From positions 235,609 to 299,608 of the forward strand of contig NMRA01000141.1 in the NCBI GenBank assembly GCA_002633005.1: DNA of 64,000 nucleotides, written 5' to 3'. The stretch is from Phoronis australis (Eukaryota > Animalia > Phoronida). This document shows, piece by piece, positions 1-14,640 of this stretch (the stretch's first letter is position 1; every line of letters starts with the position of its first letter). The position numbers were made by a program, and so were the translations under genes. The notes beneath the pieces are model-generated. The model did no database searches. It saw only the letters and a program-made list of their open reading frames with translations, and had not been told where the DNA came from.

Positions 1-308
1 CCCCCCCATTTTGAAGGCTGGGTGCACGCATGGTTAGTAGGCCTAGTGAAGGAGAGATTCATGTAATATAAAAATGGTAAATTTAAACCTTGAGTTGATA
101 TTGCATGCTTGAGACATTTCACTTCAGTTTTATCCCCCAGGTAGTTGGACCGGCTTACACCACGTCGCAAGAGTAAAAGTTATTGTGAGACTTGGTCGCA
201 TCTCTCACAGAATCGCGCGTTTTTGCGTGATTTGGCCTCGCGCTAACTTTGGCCAAATGAGTGAACGTTATGCACGTATATTACGTGCGTAAGTCAATTC
301 TTGTTAGT

Positions 309-372
309 AATTATTTGCGGCGTAAAGTAACTTTTAACGCCGCAAATAATTACTTTACGCCGCAAATAATTA
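309..372. repeat. Short inverted plus tandem repeat
   Basis: AATTATTTGCGGCGTAAAGTAA followed by two copies of its reverse complement (ACGCCGCAAATAATTA). Confidence 0.65.
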
Positions 373-1611
373 CCCTGTTCTTTAAAATTAGGACTTTTAT
401 GATTTTTATGAAAAATTGACGAAATGATTCTGTAAAATCGCTCTTGATTTCTCATCTTGAACATTTATATGAAGTAAAATTTGATAGTATTGATTCCATA
501 GTTTTGCTATCGATGTACCTTCTTTTTGCAAAATTTGAATAAGACGTTGTCAAGGCACCCAATTTATGGCAGACGGGTAGAAAGTGAAAACTGAAATTTC
601 GCAGGCTTCCTACTTTCAAAAAATGCGTACTTTTAATGAGCTAAAATCTATAATTTTGTAGATATTTAGCCAAATATGCACACTTGTCCATGAGGCCCCC
701 ATACGCGACCTTAAAGTCTTAATAGACAGAAATTCGGTCCCACTTCACCGGTTTAGACAAGTTTTTTTGAACGCATTATATTAATATTCTAGAAATAATT
801 TTTAGAAATAATTTCATTAACTCGCAGAATTACCTGTAGGGTCTCAGTAACTTTTATTCAAGTTTTCAGTAATGCTTGTGTGACGCGTAAGACCAAATGT
901 CTGACTTAGGTTTCACTTTTCCTGAAACGGACCCCTGGGATTAGTACTGAAAATTAGCTAGCTAGTCATTTTCAAAATACTCTACGTTTCCACTAGTCGT
1001 GAAAATTTACTTGAACCATTACAAATAATACGTTAACTTAAATTTTTATTTCAAATTTGAAACCTGCGATTGACGGCAATTGGCTTCTGCTAGATAAAAA
1101 CCATTTAGTCTCTAATAGTACCCCTGAACCCAAGAAATCTGAACATGTTTTTACATACATGTATTAACGCCTGAAAATTAATGAATAGGTGCGTTGAAAG
1201 TCGTGAGTGCTGTAATGGTTGTTTTAAAAACGTTGTGAAAGAACATGCCGAAGCCAGGCCCGCACTCGTCCGGATCTTATGTCAGACGAAAAAGACACTG
1301 TTTAAAATAATGTTTATGAAATATACCAGTTGGTAATGCCTGTGAACTAGAAAATATAGAACACGGTACAGCGTCCAAACGTTTCGCTTCTTTGTTAGAC
1401 GAGAAGCGCAGGCCTTTATTTTAAGGAAACTTGACGCAAGGTGGCGGATACAAATTCCAAATCTTGGAATTTTAAAATTACGTCTGTTAGAGACAACAGT
1501 TTCGAATCCAACGGAGACGCGGTGCTCTGGTAGCGTGGCAGTCCCGGTGAAGACCGCCCACTAACATCTCTGAAGATGACGTCGGAGTCTAGTGAACCAA
1601 ATGAAGTTTGT

Positions 1612-1984
1612 GCCTGGTTGCATGAAACAACAGTTCCCTAAAGCTACTGCTAGTTGGTGGGTTTGCGAAAACACTAATTTCTTATTCTATTTGAGTATAA
1701 TGTAATTACTAAATCAATTTTGGCTTTGATACAAATTGAGAGTGAACTCTACGACTACATCGAAAATAAGTAGGGATCTTTCATGCAACGCCCCTAATTC
1801 AAGAACTAAGTTCCTAACTTGAATTAAGGGCAAAATTTTTAGTTGTTCTATTAGAAAGTGTCATTAGTCAAAGAGGAGCTCATCATAAACATTGAAATAT
1901 TACATCTGTGAGTTATGAACGAAACAAATACGCAAAAGATTTAGGGAAATTATTGAGTCTGGGACTGTTTCACGCAACCGACCA
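1612..1984. mobile_element. Harbinger-like MITE
   Basis: Inverted ends GGTTGCATGAAACA / TGTTTCACGCAACC, with further CAGTTCCC / GGGACTG symmetry. Confidence 0.45.
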
Positions 1985-4900
1985 CTGGGGTCCATTCGTG
2001 CTGTAGGGAACTAGTTAGCAATCAATGGAGATTTCGTCGGTCCCTTGGCTGTGTGTGCGTACCAGGGAACTAATGTATCCTGTATAGTCGTTCTGTGACA
2101 TATTGGGGATTGTGCCGGAGCGCAAAGAGGTGTTACACGTTTTAGTGGAGCGAATGGCTCACGCGCAAGATAACAAAAAAGACTTTTCGCACTTGGGTAA
2201 GAAAATCCAAATACCTTGCGATGGCCGGCGGACGTTACGACTATGACATCGAGAACAGCAGTGAGAGCAATGTCGACTTCGAAGCCGTTGTTGAGATCAT
2301 CTCAAGGAATTCAAAGAAATGTGTGTAGTGATATTGAGGACTAAGAAAATGTGCAACCTCTCGTTTGGACGAATAGTTGCGTATCTATTCGAATTGGAAG
2401 GGTCTGACCCTGCAAGAGAAACTCAGGATGGATAAAGCAGGCCGATAGCCACGGAACCCACCATGGGCCGTCCCTTTGGAAGCGATGTTCAACAAAAACG
2501 CTAATATATTGGTCCTCAAAATATGTTAACGATATTAACTTGTCGAAAATTGGTGAAATTTTGGAGCAAAATTTTCCCGCTAGTTTTCAGATGAATTATT
2601 TTTTTATTTTCCATTCGATTTATTTCTTGGTTTCGCCATAAAATCGAAGTTGCGAATAATAAACTTTACGAGCGCGCACTGCGACAATGGCAAATTTAAT
2701 TAAGTCAGCAGTCACACTTTGTTCTTTTGTCATGGAAATAACATGCATTGCAATCTAACACAGTGCATTTCACCATTTGCAGCAGGTGTGAAAACTTTTG
2801 AACTCATTGCCCACAGACAGACAGCACCTGCACATTTTTGAGTGTCTCGTGTGTCCAAAGCCGTGCTGTCCTACCGGTTTCACATAAGGAGTATGTACAG
2901 GTACACCTTCCGCGGTTTCAAATACAAAGACCTTGACGCAAGGCGAACTTCCATCTTGTTTAGTAATGTTCATGATAATACAACTGATTTATTATTGTCT
3001 CATCATTGTGTCAAATTAAACTAATTAGCTGAAGTCAACATTTATCATAACCGGAACTGTCACACCTGGTAACTAACGCTAAAACCAATCACCGACAAAA
3101 GCTGTTTTCACGGACTACGTAAGCAAGACTTGACTGCAAAGAGTACCAGCGAGGGTAATATTACCGTAGATCTTCTATATTATATGATTTAAAATGGAAT
3201 CCGTGGCCGTCAAAATATTGTTGTATCCAATTATCAGCCTTGAGTTACAGTGAAAAGTGTGATCTTTTCTGGTTTGTTTTCTCTCATTTTTACAGGACTG
3301 AACAATTTCCCTACGTGTGGAGCAATGTTGCGCACACAATTGATCGGTCATCCTGGCTGAACAATCCGACGTACACGAGTGTGCGAATTGGAAGTGTCCC
3401 CAATAAGAATGACAGCACCGCCTAAATTACGAACATTACGAAATCGATTGCCAACAAACTTATCATCATGCCTTTTACGAACCCATTAATATATTTATCC
3501 ACAAAAAACGGAAATTACTAACCGCGTCCTGAAAACTGCTTAATTCCCTACCCAAAATATTCGAGGAAATCATTACTCAAAACATTCTACCTCTCATTTT
3601 GTTTTAAGTGTGACTTATTACGCAACTGGTTCCCCAAATAGTATATTTGTCAGAGTTGCCAGTCCAAGACAATGAAAATACCTGAGGAATACCTGGAAAT
3701 TTTAATCGAAATGTTTTATTCTCGATTCACTTCGCTGACATAAGTGGACAATTTTTTTCTTAAAACCAGGAATTTCGTGTAGTAGAGGAATCGTACAGTC
3801 TCCTAAGTTCATTAGTGTAGCATAGACATCTAGATCGTTAGTATCAATAATGTTTTTCCCTCTCCGATATAAGAAATATTTCTACCCTCTTAGTGTCACA
3901 AAGTGGTTTGTATAGCATTTCGTTTTATGGGAATTGCATGGGAACGTCTATTACAGGGCCGTAGGAAGCGAGGGGGGGGNNNNNNNNNNGCACAGTCGAG
4001 AAAAGAAAGACTGCGAAATACGGATAAGAGAGAAAATTCAAGAGAACATTTAACAACTCTGCATCAGTGCATGATTTACCTTTTGAGGACCCTGGCCAGG
4101 ACATTGTCGTTAGGGTCTCCGCTTTTGCAGCACAGGTCGTCTAAACGCACTTGAAAGCGTGTGCGAAATCAATCATACCTATATTTTGAAAAATCGAGAA
4201 CATTTATGAAGCAAAGCTTTTGCGGAGCGTACTAATATTCTGGAATTTGAATTCAATAAGTCAATTTTGCGGAAGCAAAACTATATTTTTCCAGATGTCC
4301 TTCTATGGCATGGGATAACGGAGACAACTTTCGATTTATTTTTCTCTCGAAACTGTATATTACTTGAGAAAAATTGATGACCAGGCAGATAACATCAATT
4401 GCTGCGCATTTCCTGATATTTGAAAATATAGATATTTTCATATTTAGGTGCCCCGCCCTTGAAGGAGGCCATTGATGACATTCAAGTGGCCACCCTTTTT
4501 TGTGTTTTTATTGATAAATTCTTAAGGGACCGCTCACGGACAGAGGGACCAATGTTGGAACCGATTACCTCTATTTTCCTGTTTTTTTTTGTGAAATCGT
4601 GCAACCGGCTTTCATGTTGAAGGAGGTCACTCCCTACATCGTTTTGGGACCACACGACGTTGGAATGAACTGTCACTCTTTTTTCCACGCTTAAATGATG
4701 TCTAGCCTTTCATCTTAAAGTGTCCCATTTCAGATGGTACCCTCTCTTGGTGGAGCAGTTCGGGGGAAATGTCCCTTTGTCTCTCTATACATGAAAATCC
4801 CACACTGTCAAGTATTCACGATGGAAGTTGAGAATCCAAATTCATCAAAAAACACAAAACACGCATGCGCAGCAGAGCCATTCGATCCAAACAACCAAAA

Positions 4901-7900
4901 ATGCAAAGAAATACAATAGGATTGCAGCCCTCGAAAGGGTGGAATTTTGAAGAACGTGAAGATGACTATTTATGAATTACACAAAAGGATTATTTCCGGT
5001 GGTTAGTTATAAAATAATGTTACTGTTTCCCGTAGTATCACAATAGTATCTCTTTTAAAGATGTTTACTATGAGTTGTTTGTAAGGAATTCCCACATGTG
5101 GAAAACTCTGCTGTCTAGGCTACTATTTGTGATGACCTTGTACATGTCGAAAAGGGGTACTCAAAGAACTCGCGCAATCATAAACAAAGATTTCAGCGGT
5201 TTTTTGTCAGTGGAGTTCAAGTTTACCTCGTAAACAGTTACAGGTACCTCTGAAATGAGCAAAAATACACCTTAATACGAATGCCCCATCACCCATATTC
5301 TCCCGGTTACCCGTCAAAAGTCTGCAAGCATTCATGCGGAAATTGCTTATAAGATTCCGTTTTGGATTAACAAATTCGTTGGTTTCTGAAATACATGTTT
5401 ATGTGTCTACGAAAATCGGTAGATTCAAAGATGATTATTGACAATGAATTTTGTTCTTCAAAACTGAATTGATTGCTTGTCCTGAATCATGACTGACGTA
5501 CCCACGTTAAAAAAAAAAGATGTAACCCTGCAGTAGGCCCGGCGCGCAGAATCTCTGTGATCCACGGGAACTAAATTGGAACTCCAGGCGTTCAGGAAGT
5601 GTGTGCATTTTTGGGACACGCTATCCTTTTCCCCAGCCACCAGAAAGAGACTACCTGTCGTGTTACAACTAGGCATCTTGAAAGAGCCACAAAGGCACTA
5701 AATACCAATATACTAAAGATATCAAGGAAATATTTTGAGAACGAGTGATTTACCATTATGTCGCAGTCTTTTAAAAAGGAGGGTTCATAGGGTATCAGTG
5801 AATGCAGTGTTTGTCCTTCGGTACTATACACTTACTGCGTGGATCCCATTTTATCGAAGGTCTGGTCGTAGCTGAGACGTGGGGACATTTTCGCGAAGAT
5901 GTGGCCCTTCCCAATCCCCCTCTTCAATAGCACCGCTCTACCACATACCCGACTTGTATTGAAGACCGGTATCCGAGCCTTCTCTAAGATACAAATTTCT
6001 TTTGTAAATCAGGGCCCAGAATCTAATCTTTTTACTCGAACTATTTTTTTTAGTTCCATTTCGAGTAAAAAGATTAGACCGTGGGCTCAATCAGACGCTT
6101 TGCCCGTAGTTAACCACTCTGATAGGACACCCAACTTTGTTTCATGGAGTCAGTCGATATAATACCAACACAAATTCAATAACTATAAATTAATTAATAC
6201 TGTTTATTCGCACAAACTGATGGTTATTTACAATGAATTATGGACGACCTTATATACACACAAAATGTTTTTCACGTTTTCAAATATGCATATTAATTAA
6301 TGACATTTAAAAACAAGATCTGTACTTCAGAATTCAAATCCTAAGGAATATTTCCATGACATCAAGGGATTAATAAAACTCAAAGTCAACATTTTTACAG
6401 TATTCAAGAACAAAACCAATAGATTATCTCATCTCATGAGCTGAACAGAGTTCTATGCCAAGCCAGAACCAACTCCTAAGAGACATATTAAAAGGATACT
6501 TAACCCAGTTTTGGCCTATTAGCAGATATTAAAAATGACTTTCTTGTCCACTGACTGAAACAAAATAATGCTCTATGAACCTGGACTACCCTCAAAAGTT
6601 TGGAGGAAAATTTGAAAACTCCATTCAAAGTCTGCTAATGGGGCAAGTGCGACCTACACTTTTATGGAATTATAAGGCAACTGTGAGGAAAGACCACCCA
6701 ACAAGAACCATAATATTCAATCTGGGACATAGGGAGTATACGTTTTTAGTTCATTCCAGTTTTTATCTTTCAAGATTGACGCCAATGATGCATTAGCAGA
6801 AGACAGAAAGAGGATTGGCAGAAATTGTTGAAACAGGGTTTGGTATCCTTTTAGTAATGAAGTACCGTCACAGCTCGCAGCTGACGTCCAAACCCAAAAT
6901 CAAATAAAACATACTCGAACACAGCAAATCATAAATAAAATGTGCAAATTGCTTTGTCCCTTACGAAACATGGCACTGTGGCACTAAATTATTCTCCATG
7001 ATTTGCCCTGACTATAGCACACTGTTGGATCTACACGGAGGAAGCAACCAAGAAAAAAAAACGGCACAAGAAAAGAGCCCTGCTGGTGCAGTATACCTTC
7101 TGTCACTGAAATCATAGATCTGCACTTGCATCATCACATTGCAGCACCTAACGTAACAATCACCAAACAAAGCAGACGTTACAATTCTAGCGCCACATCA
7201 ATTCATACATGTTAACCTTTACACCTTCATAGCAATTGTTAAACTTTGCCTTAACAAAACATAAAAGTGTATCACAGACCTCAGCATGCAGTGGAAGTGA
7301 CGCAACGCCCCCCCCCCCCTCACACGCTCGCTCCAGCTCCATTTCACCCTCCATCTTTGGTCACCCCGCCAATTTTGTTTAACTCTCCCACCTCTTGTCT
7401 ACAAAAAACACCTCACAGACCAAAATTTTTGACCAAGACTTTCACAGACAAAAAACCACAAAAGTTACAACAAAAACCTTAAGTTCCCTTAGAGGAACAG
7501 CATAGCACCACAAAAAAGGCGAAAAGAGCAACAAATACGTGAAAGGTCAAGTGGTTAACGATTATGCTAATTCCAGTAATTCATCTTTGTGCGTATCCAT
7601 GTGTCAAGTGACAAACATTGCAACCTAATTAAGTTGGGTAGCAACCCTTCCAAGTCTTAAGCACTTACGTCTCGGTTCTCAAACAACATAAAATACGGTC
7701 CCGCATCTAGAGAACCATTTCGCTATGCTGAATAACAGGCACTAATTTTGTTCTCAAAACTCGGGACCCCTATAAGTGACTATTGCCATAGTGAAGCCCA
7801 ACATCATGTCACTTAACACAAAGACATACAGACAATTGAGCATAACATTTGAGGAACTACAACTTTAAGTCCCAAGCTCTCGAATGTGGGTCTTTACATT

Positions 7901-8461
7901 TTACGAAAAAGGTGAACACTAATACGGACGTAACTCATTAGTTAATAACTTACAGTAACCGTTGCACAGAATTTTAAAGCTCCATGTAGCGTCACCATTG
8001 CTTTGGTTCACATTTTAGGGTGGAACCATTTGTACAGTTTTTGTTTTTGAATATGGCAAGTTAGCATTTCTGATTAATTATACAGAATAACACCGAGGAG
8101 TAAACACAGCTCATGAATTACTTGAATGGAAAAGTTTACTGCTGCCAACTGGACTTGCTCAAGTTTGAAGTTTGCCATATTAGTTTGACCTAATTAGCGC
8201 TACGTGACACTTCACTACATGACAATTGTGCGCGATCATCAGCTCATACAGCACAAAGTAAGACCAGGCTTGTTAATAGAGCACTCAAGCCCATAACCTC
8301 AATAGCAATTTATATATTTATATATAAATGTTACATGTAGTATCTGCCTTTTTGTGTACAACTCTGGGTATATGGTAACTCAGGTAGAGTAAAGAATGGC
8401 AATAAGTCTCAAGGTCAAAATACCCATGGTCATGTGTGTGACACTTTCCAGACTTGAGGTG

Positions 8462-8485
8462 CTACTTTGAAAGTAGGATCTCGTC
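8462..8485 (-). CDS. INSIG: Candidate short terminal coding exon of INSIG (DEILLSK*)
   Basis: ttgtag acceptor, phase 0, stop after 7 codons, followed by ~2.2 kb of UTR-like sequence and AATAAA (minus) near 6203. INSIG genes typically end in a short exon, but competing acceptors exist near 9766 and 10259. Confidence 0.35.
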   Translation of the reverse strand, partial: DEILLSK

Positions 8486-10089
8486 CTACAACCATAACGG
8501 CTAGAGTCCTGAGCGTCACCTCAAAGCCGGAAAATGACAAATACATGTAAAAGGACCTTCCAAAAAGTCCGAAACATGTCACACTCTCCTAATTAGAATG
8601 ATTCTTCACTAATTTTTGCACAAAAACAGTTGTCAAATTCGGCGTTTGTTATACTTTTCAGATTGATTTTCTCCCAGAAACAATCTGCAAAAATTTAACA
8701 ATCGCCTTTCTATAATAGCTGTATAGAATAGGCCAACAGAATTTCTAACTGTAAAGGACACCCGTTTTATTATATCACCATTGTGGTAGCGAAAAGTAAG
8801 CACAAAAATACGGACTAAATCACCGATAAGTAACCGACCAAAATGGGTGACTCTCAAACAACTGCATGCAGATTACCACTAATACAACCCCGGTTTCCTA
8901 ATTACTTTAATTTCTCACCTGAAAACAATGCTTCAAGCTGCATTTCCCATAAAGTTGGCTAAAAACAAAAGCGGAAGAAGGTATTTTTTGTCTCACAATA
9001 TCAATTATTCGACGGGAATATTTTTTCTCTAGTCACACTAGGCAGACAATTCTTGTAAGCCCCATTTTAAAAATGCAATTTCAGGGTAGGCCAACGCCAA
9101 TAAACTACGAAACATTTTCACTGATGGTCTCGTAGTTTTAGTTTAGTAACTCAAATGGAATCTTATCACGAGACCGATTTTATGAGAATTAAAGGTCTAA
9201 TTCAATTTTCCTTTTGCCATCTAAACACATAGAAATGCAGCTAAAAATGTAAAACGCAACATGATAACTACACACCATGTCCTAGTATTGCTCTGTCTTC
9301 ACTTGGAATAGTCCTACTATCACTCAGCATTTTAAGCCCCCTGAAGCACCTGCCTTTGACAACTGTTGATGTCAAAGGTACTTTCATTTCCAAATTGATT
9401 GTGCACAAACAAAATGGCCACCGGAGTCGATCTGCATTGAATTTTACTTTCCATAATTAGCTAGTGTAATAAAAAACACCAATAAAAGCAGGACTGTAAT
9501 TTAGGAAATGTAGACATTTTAGCGATACCTCTCAACTGATGAAACTTTATGCCTTTAATTGATAAGAATAAAGGTAAGATTGTCCTTAAGCAATGAAGAT
9601 CAGTATTGCTGTTTCGGGTGACATCAACGGAGAATACTGAAAATTGCGAACTTTAAAGCCTCGTCAGCATGACCTTTGAGAACCATTGTTTTGATTTTCC
9701 TTTCAGGGTGGCATCCTTTGTTCGATGTTCTTGACGCCAAAATTGGTTGCTCCCGGGGCTTCAGTACTGAATATCAAAAAACGAGATTATACATGGGATT
9801 GTTTGACAAACTAAAATGTCCCGCTCACTTCCATAATGTCTACTGTACTGGAATCCTAGAACACTTACGCTAAGTAATATAGACCAGGCTGTGTTCTTAG
9901 CAATCAACAACACAACCGTATTCCTCTTTTGCACCTCAAGTTTTCTGTCTCAGCAATTGTTTTCTCCCACATTCTTGGTCAAGTGCCGACGATACATTAC
10001 TCAGCATGCTGCTTGTATTGCTCATAATCCGACTAAAAAAAAGATAGACAATTATAGTATACCGAAAAATGCGAATTATTGTGTAACGG

Positions 10090-10189
10090 GTTCGATATAA
10101 CGTGCCCGAATTTTGAGAACCAGTCTTCTCCATTGAATAACGGGCATCAAACTGGTTCTAAAAAGGAGGGCACGTTATATCCGACTATT
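10090..10189. mobile_element. ~100-bp palindromic MITE (GATATAACGTGCCC...GGGCACGTTATATC)
   Basis: Self-complementary; related copies at ~21413-21505 and 42081-42770 (the latter split by a LINE fragment). Confidence 0.6.
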
Positions 10190-11052
10190 GCTGATTATTG
10201 GATAGCTAAAGTCTTAAAGAGGCGTTGTCTTCCAGCAATCACCCTCTGACTGAGATCATCTGTAATCAATACGATTTTCACTGCCAACAGAGAACGGACA
10301 AAATTCACAGAATCACATTCCTTTCACAGAATTCAAGGTTTCAAATAGAATTCATAAATTTCAGTAGTGGAAACAGCATTTCCAATATTTTTGATTTTTA
10401 TTAACCAAAAATAAGAATATTGTGAATCAAATTGCACGATTCTGGTCACAAATAGATTGACAATCATTTTGCCATGGACATGTTCAAGTAGTTCTTCATT
10501 CCTCCTGAAGGTTTTCTTTTTTCGGAAAAAGCAAGACAATTTCACCTAAATTTACAAAACAGAATAAAATTTAATTTCTTAAGCTAAAATCGATTTCTCT
10601 GGTTTTGTAAACGGAAAATCAGGGTCTCTGTTTGAGGCATATTTCACCTAGTTGAAAAATCCTGGTTTACAATTCGCGGATGAAGCAGCGAGTGGACGAA
10701 CTGACGTAATCAAGGAATGGAGCTATGAACTCTTGAGTTTGTCTACAACAACTCAGATATCTAATCACAAGCCAGGATACCATGTGACAAAATTAGGCCA
10801 CCTTTTGTCAACAAACAATCCTTACATAACCGGTGATTACATCTACTGGATTACATAACAAGAGGGGTGTCCAAAAGCTAAAAACAACCTGATTGGTCAA
10901 ACTGAATCCTGATACTGAGATAGGGTGACATTGGTTGTGGTTGGGTTACATAAGAAACTCTATTTAAAGAATTTCTGAACAACAACAGACATCACCCCAT
11001 CATAACAATGACTGGCAGGTCAACCGATATGTGAACTCTATGAAAATGGCGT

Positions 11053-11229
11053 ATTGACCTATCGCCAGGATTTTGAGTGACCTCTGAGCTGACCAATCAG
11101 AACGTAGCATTCTTAACACGCCTTCGTTTCAAAGCCACCCCTTTACCCGACAAACAACACATTGCCGGGTATAATTTATTGTCTGTTTGTCAACACTTCG
11201 CAAGGGGGCGGAGCTTGCGATAGGCCAAT
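11053..11229. mobile_element. ~175-bp MITE (ATTGACCTATCGC TIR)
   Basis: TIR ATTGACCTATCGC / GCGATAGGCCAAT; homologous copies at 34786-34962 and 48860-49057. Confidence 0.7.
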
Positions 11230-12045
11230 TTGACTAACTTTGGAACATCACATCTCAGAAATGCAAGACCGGATTCAAATGAGCCCTTCAGATACTACGC
11301 TTTTTGCACTGTTTTCCATAATGAAGTTAGGAACTGTTTTTGAAATGGTCCACATTTGCAAGAGGGATTGTCATAAAATAGGATTTGAAAACTTTTCATG
11401 AAAAATCTCGAAAGTTGTATAAAACGAAATGACAATTTGGAAAACTGTACAGCATTTTTGCGACTTTATATAACATTAATATGAAATGAAAACAGGTCAG
11501 CTTATTGATACTGTTGCAGGCAATGTACCTTAGTTTCTTCTTTAAAAATTTAGCTTAAAAACATGGTCACATGACCCACTTACCGACAGATTGTTAAGAA
11601 GACAATGTCAAATTCTACAGGTCTCCTACTTTTAGAAAAAGTATACTTTTCCCCAAGTTGAAATCCACAGCGTTGTAGAAATTCGGTTCAATACACAGAC
11701 TTCTGGAGAAGTCCCTAAATAATCCGAGTAGCAAAATTATCTTTTATGCGAACGATTTACGAGACTTTGTCTAAAAAATTAAATAACTGACAGAACGTTT
11801 CTGAAGGAAACTACGTAGAGTTTCAAAGCTAGCATTTTGTGGTAAAACATGAAAGACATTATTGTATTTTCACTGATGAACCAAACTAGTTAATTAACTC
11901 GCATTTTAATTCCAAATACAAAATCTGTCAATCCAAGTCAGGAACTTTTCAATTTAAGAGTACCCAGTGCAGTTTTGGAAAACTCATGAACAATAAACAT
12001 TGCAACTGGCTGCCACAGACCGACTTGACTATCACCAGCACTCAC

Positions 12046-14640
12046 CACAGCTAGTTGTCGCCCAATGTTGCCCATAGTTACGCCCCCCGAGAAGAATATA
12101 CACGGTAGCCACGAGCGAACGTATAGGAAGTCGGGTTCTGTATACCTGTTAAATGCAATAAGCATTATAAACACAAAATTAAGTTCGATTGACGCTTATA
12201 CAGAAGACACCAATGAGTGCACAACAAAGATTTGTGGGATAAGAATCCTGAAATTGAGAGTAACGTAAGCGTCATGCAGTTGACTGTCACCTCGGTAACC
12301 TTGTAGCGATACTGGATAAACGACACCTGCGTACAAGTATCTACTGTAAACTGATTTCAGGATGGTTGAAATGTTACAAAATGAAGTGACCTCTACAGGA
12401 TGTGAATCTGCTAGCATCGCTACTTTGGTTCACCTACACACGGAGTCTTGTACTTACATAAACAGGCCAACAGCAATCATTACATAAAAAACACTTGCGA
12501 GTTGCTCAAGTTGACGAAGATGAATGTAATTTCTTTCTGCCAACAACGTTCAATCTCCCTGGCTTTACGTTTCAACACACCACTATACAAAAAACGGAAT
12601 TTGTGCCCAAGAGTTCAATTTTCTTGCCCACAATTTCCATTTATATTGCTAATAACGAATTAAACAGCAACTAGTAATATTATGAATAAAACGAGCGAGT
12701 ACAACGATCACCGATACACTTTAACACAATTCTAGGGGGCCAACTGGAACAGAAGTCATTACCTGTAAACACCGTGGTATACTAAAAGCTGTGTGACGAA
12801 TGTTGCACATACTGCGATGCCTATGCCGAGACCAAATCCGCTTCTTGACCGGTCGAATAGCCACCACAGACCAACAGACATGGCGGCAAGCGTAAGCGAT
12901 AGTTGGAAATTGTTGGCAAAGTCAATTTTCTGAGGTCATGGGTTAAAGAAAATGAAAATAATTAATATAATGTTGATCAAGTGATTGTTAAGACAAGAAT
13001 TGAGCACTACAACATGTGGGTGGAATTTTGATATGGGTTGCCCTTACCAGTTCTCCGCTGCAGCTTTTGATGATGGCCTTCGTATAAAAGAATTTTTACC
13101 ATTATCATTATCAGTATACCCAATATTGTTAAACTAGAGTGATTCACTGGCAAGTCAATCTTTCTCCCTTGAGAGCTGCTGTGTAAGCATTCTCACCATT
13201 AGTGTTCTCGTTTCATGAGCAATTGTTTTTGGCAGTCCAACAGTGGATCTTAAGAGACATGCTCACAAGAAAATACACACTTTAGAAAGCAAATATAACT
13301 GCTGAGAGAATAGTGTGTTCAATGGAAAAGAATGTGAAAATACCTGTGTTAGTCATGAAAGATTAGCAAACCTGTTTACCATATTGCAGTGCCTTTAGGC
13401 TCATGGGCCTATATCCAAAATAATCCCTTTTTTCGCAGCCTTTTTTAACCAAGTACTTCGCATATTGACGAATGCACCTAAGTTTCGCATATAACCGCAG
13501 TTCCGTACAGGCGCCCATGGCCCTAATGGCATGGCAATACGGCAAGCAATTTTACTAAATCCAGTTATCGTGGACACTGAAAGCTGGTTGGTGCATCATC
13601 TAATTTGCACTTCACTCTTAGCGTCTCATTCACAAAAAAAGTTGACAGTAACTTTGTCTCCATGCAGATAAGATCTCCATGACAACAGGGAAAGGATACT
13701 GCACTGGCGTGATTGATGCCTACAAAGACGGCGATGCACCTCATGACGCTGGACCACTCCTGCTTGTACTTGTGCCCCTCCCCCAGCTTGTCATCTAGAC
13801 ATGGATAGAGCAGACCAATCACCGCTGCAACACCAACAGGTGGAGTAAAGGTCATTGGAGTCAATTAAACATCCATGTTGTGCAGTGTAACAGCCATTAT
13901 ATCAATCACAATTAGTTTTTCAAATGGTTAAAAACATTTCCACTTGCAAAGACATTTAAGTGCCACCTCTTTCATAACTAGACGAACTTGGACATTCTAA
14001 ACCAAGCTATGTGGTGACTGCTCACTGAAATTTGTGACATAAAATTTCAATGACTATGTATGAGTCTTTGTGAGATTAGCGTCAATGTTATGCGACAACT
14101 GCAACCTTGAAAAATCAGACAATTCAGCACAGAAGAAAAGTACTAAAAGCTGCATTTCGCCATGTTTAGCCAGCTAAAAACAAAATCACATTAGCCCTTG
14201 TACTCTCATAAAATCAGTTTCATAATATTCCTTATCATGATCGGATTCCGTTTCCATTACCAAGTCACAGACAATGTACAGTCGCCATTTCCGAATTCTC
14301 AATTTCAGGGTTGGCTAACCCCAGTAGCCTTTGAAAGATTTATTCAGTGGCCAATGAATTTTAGCTTTAGCCAACTGAACAGGATGCCGTGCAGTTTCAT
14401 GTCACACTAAGGCCTAAATAAACACTTTGTAAACAGACCTGCAGCTGTTCCACAACTCGGAGGCACCCACCAAGCCGTTGAAAAGAAACTGGCAATGTGT
14501 GAGGTCATGTCTTGAGCAAAAGGGGGAAACAGCGTGATTTGTCGTTGGACCTGCAATAGGTTGAGCACCAGAGCGAAGACGGCACCAATGAGGAAGAGGA
14601 CAAAGCCTCTCAGAATGAGGCTGGACAGAGGTCGCCTCAT
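12046..14640 (-). CDS. INSIG: Insulin-induced gene protein (INSIG), four core coding exons: 14640-14439, 13824-13700, 12929-12763, 12145-12046 (198 aa)
   Basis: Spliced translation [16 protein letters not shown]...[22 protein letters not shown]...[53 protein letters not shown].../[33 protein letters not shown] contains diagnostic INSIG motifs. All junctions are GT-AG and phase-compatible (exons of 202, 125, 167 and 100 nt). Confidence 0.96.
12930..13699 (-). other. U12-type (minor spliceosome) GT-AG intron in INSIG
   Basis: 5' site GTATCCTTT (13699-13691) equals the U12 consensus. Branch-point-like TTCTTTAACC (12950-12941) lies ~10 nt from the CAG acceptor, with no polypyrimidine tract between them. 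Confidence 0.92.
14146..14325 (+). repeat. Unclassified ~180-bp interspersed repeat (copies also at ~39503-39678 and ~8935-9098)
   Basis: Shared AGCTGCATTTC...TAAAAA...CCTTGTACTCTCATAAAATC...AGTCACA...GGTTGGC.AACCCC. Confidence 0.55.

Noticed and set aside
2720-2973. piggyBac-like Cys-rich C-terminal remnant on minus (KMCRCC...HTCCK)
   Set aside because: Too short and degenerate, with no matching TTAA/TIR boundaries identified.
9675-10259. Alternative INSIG terminal exons (acceptors near 10259 and 9766)
   Set aside because: They give MISVRG* or Y* in phase 0, with no homology support; cannot be chosen without transcripts.
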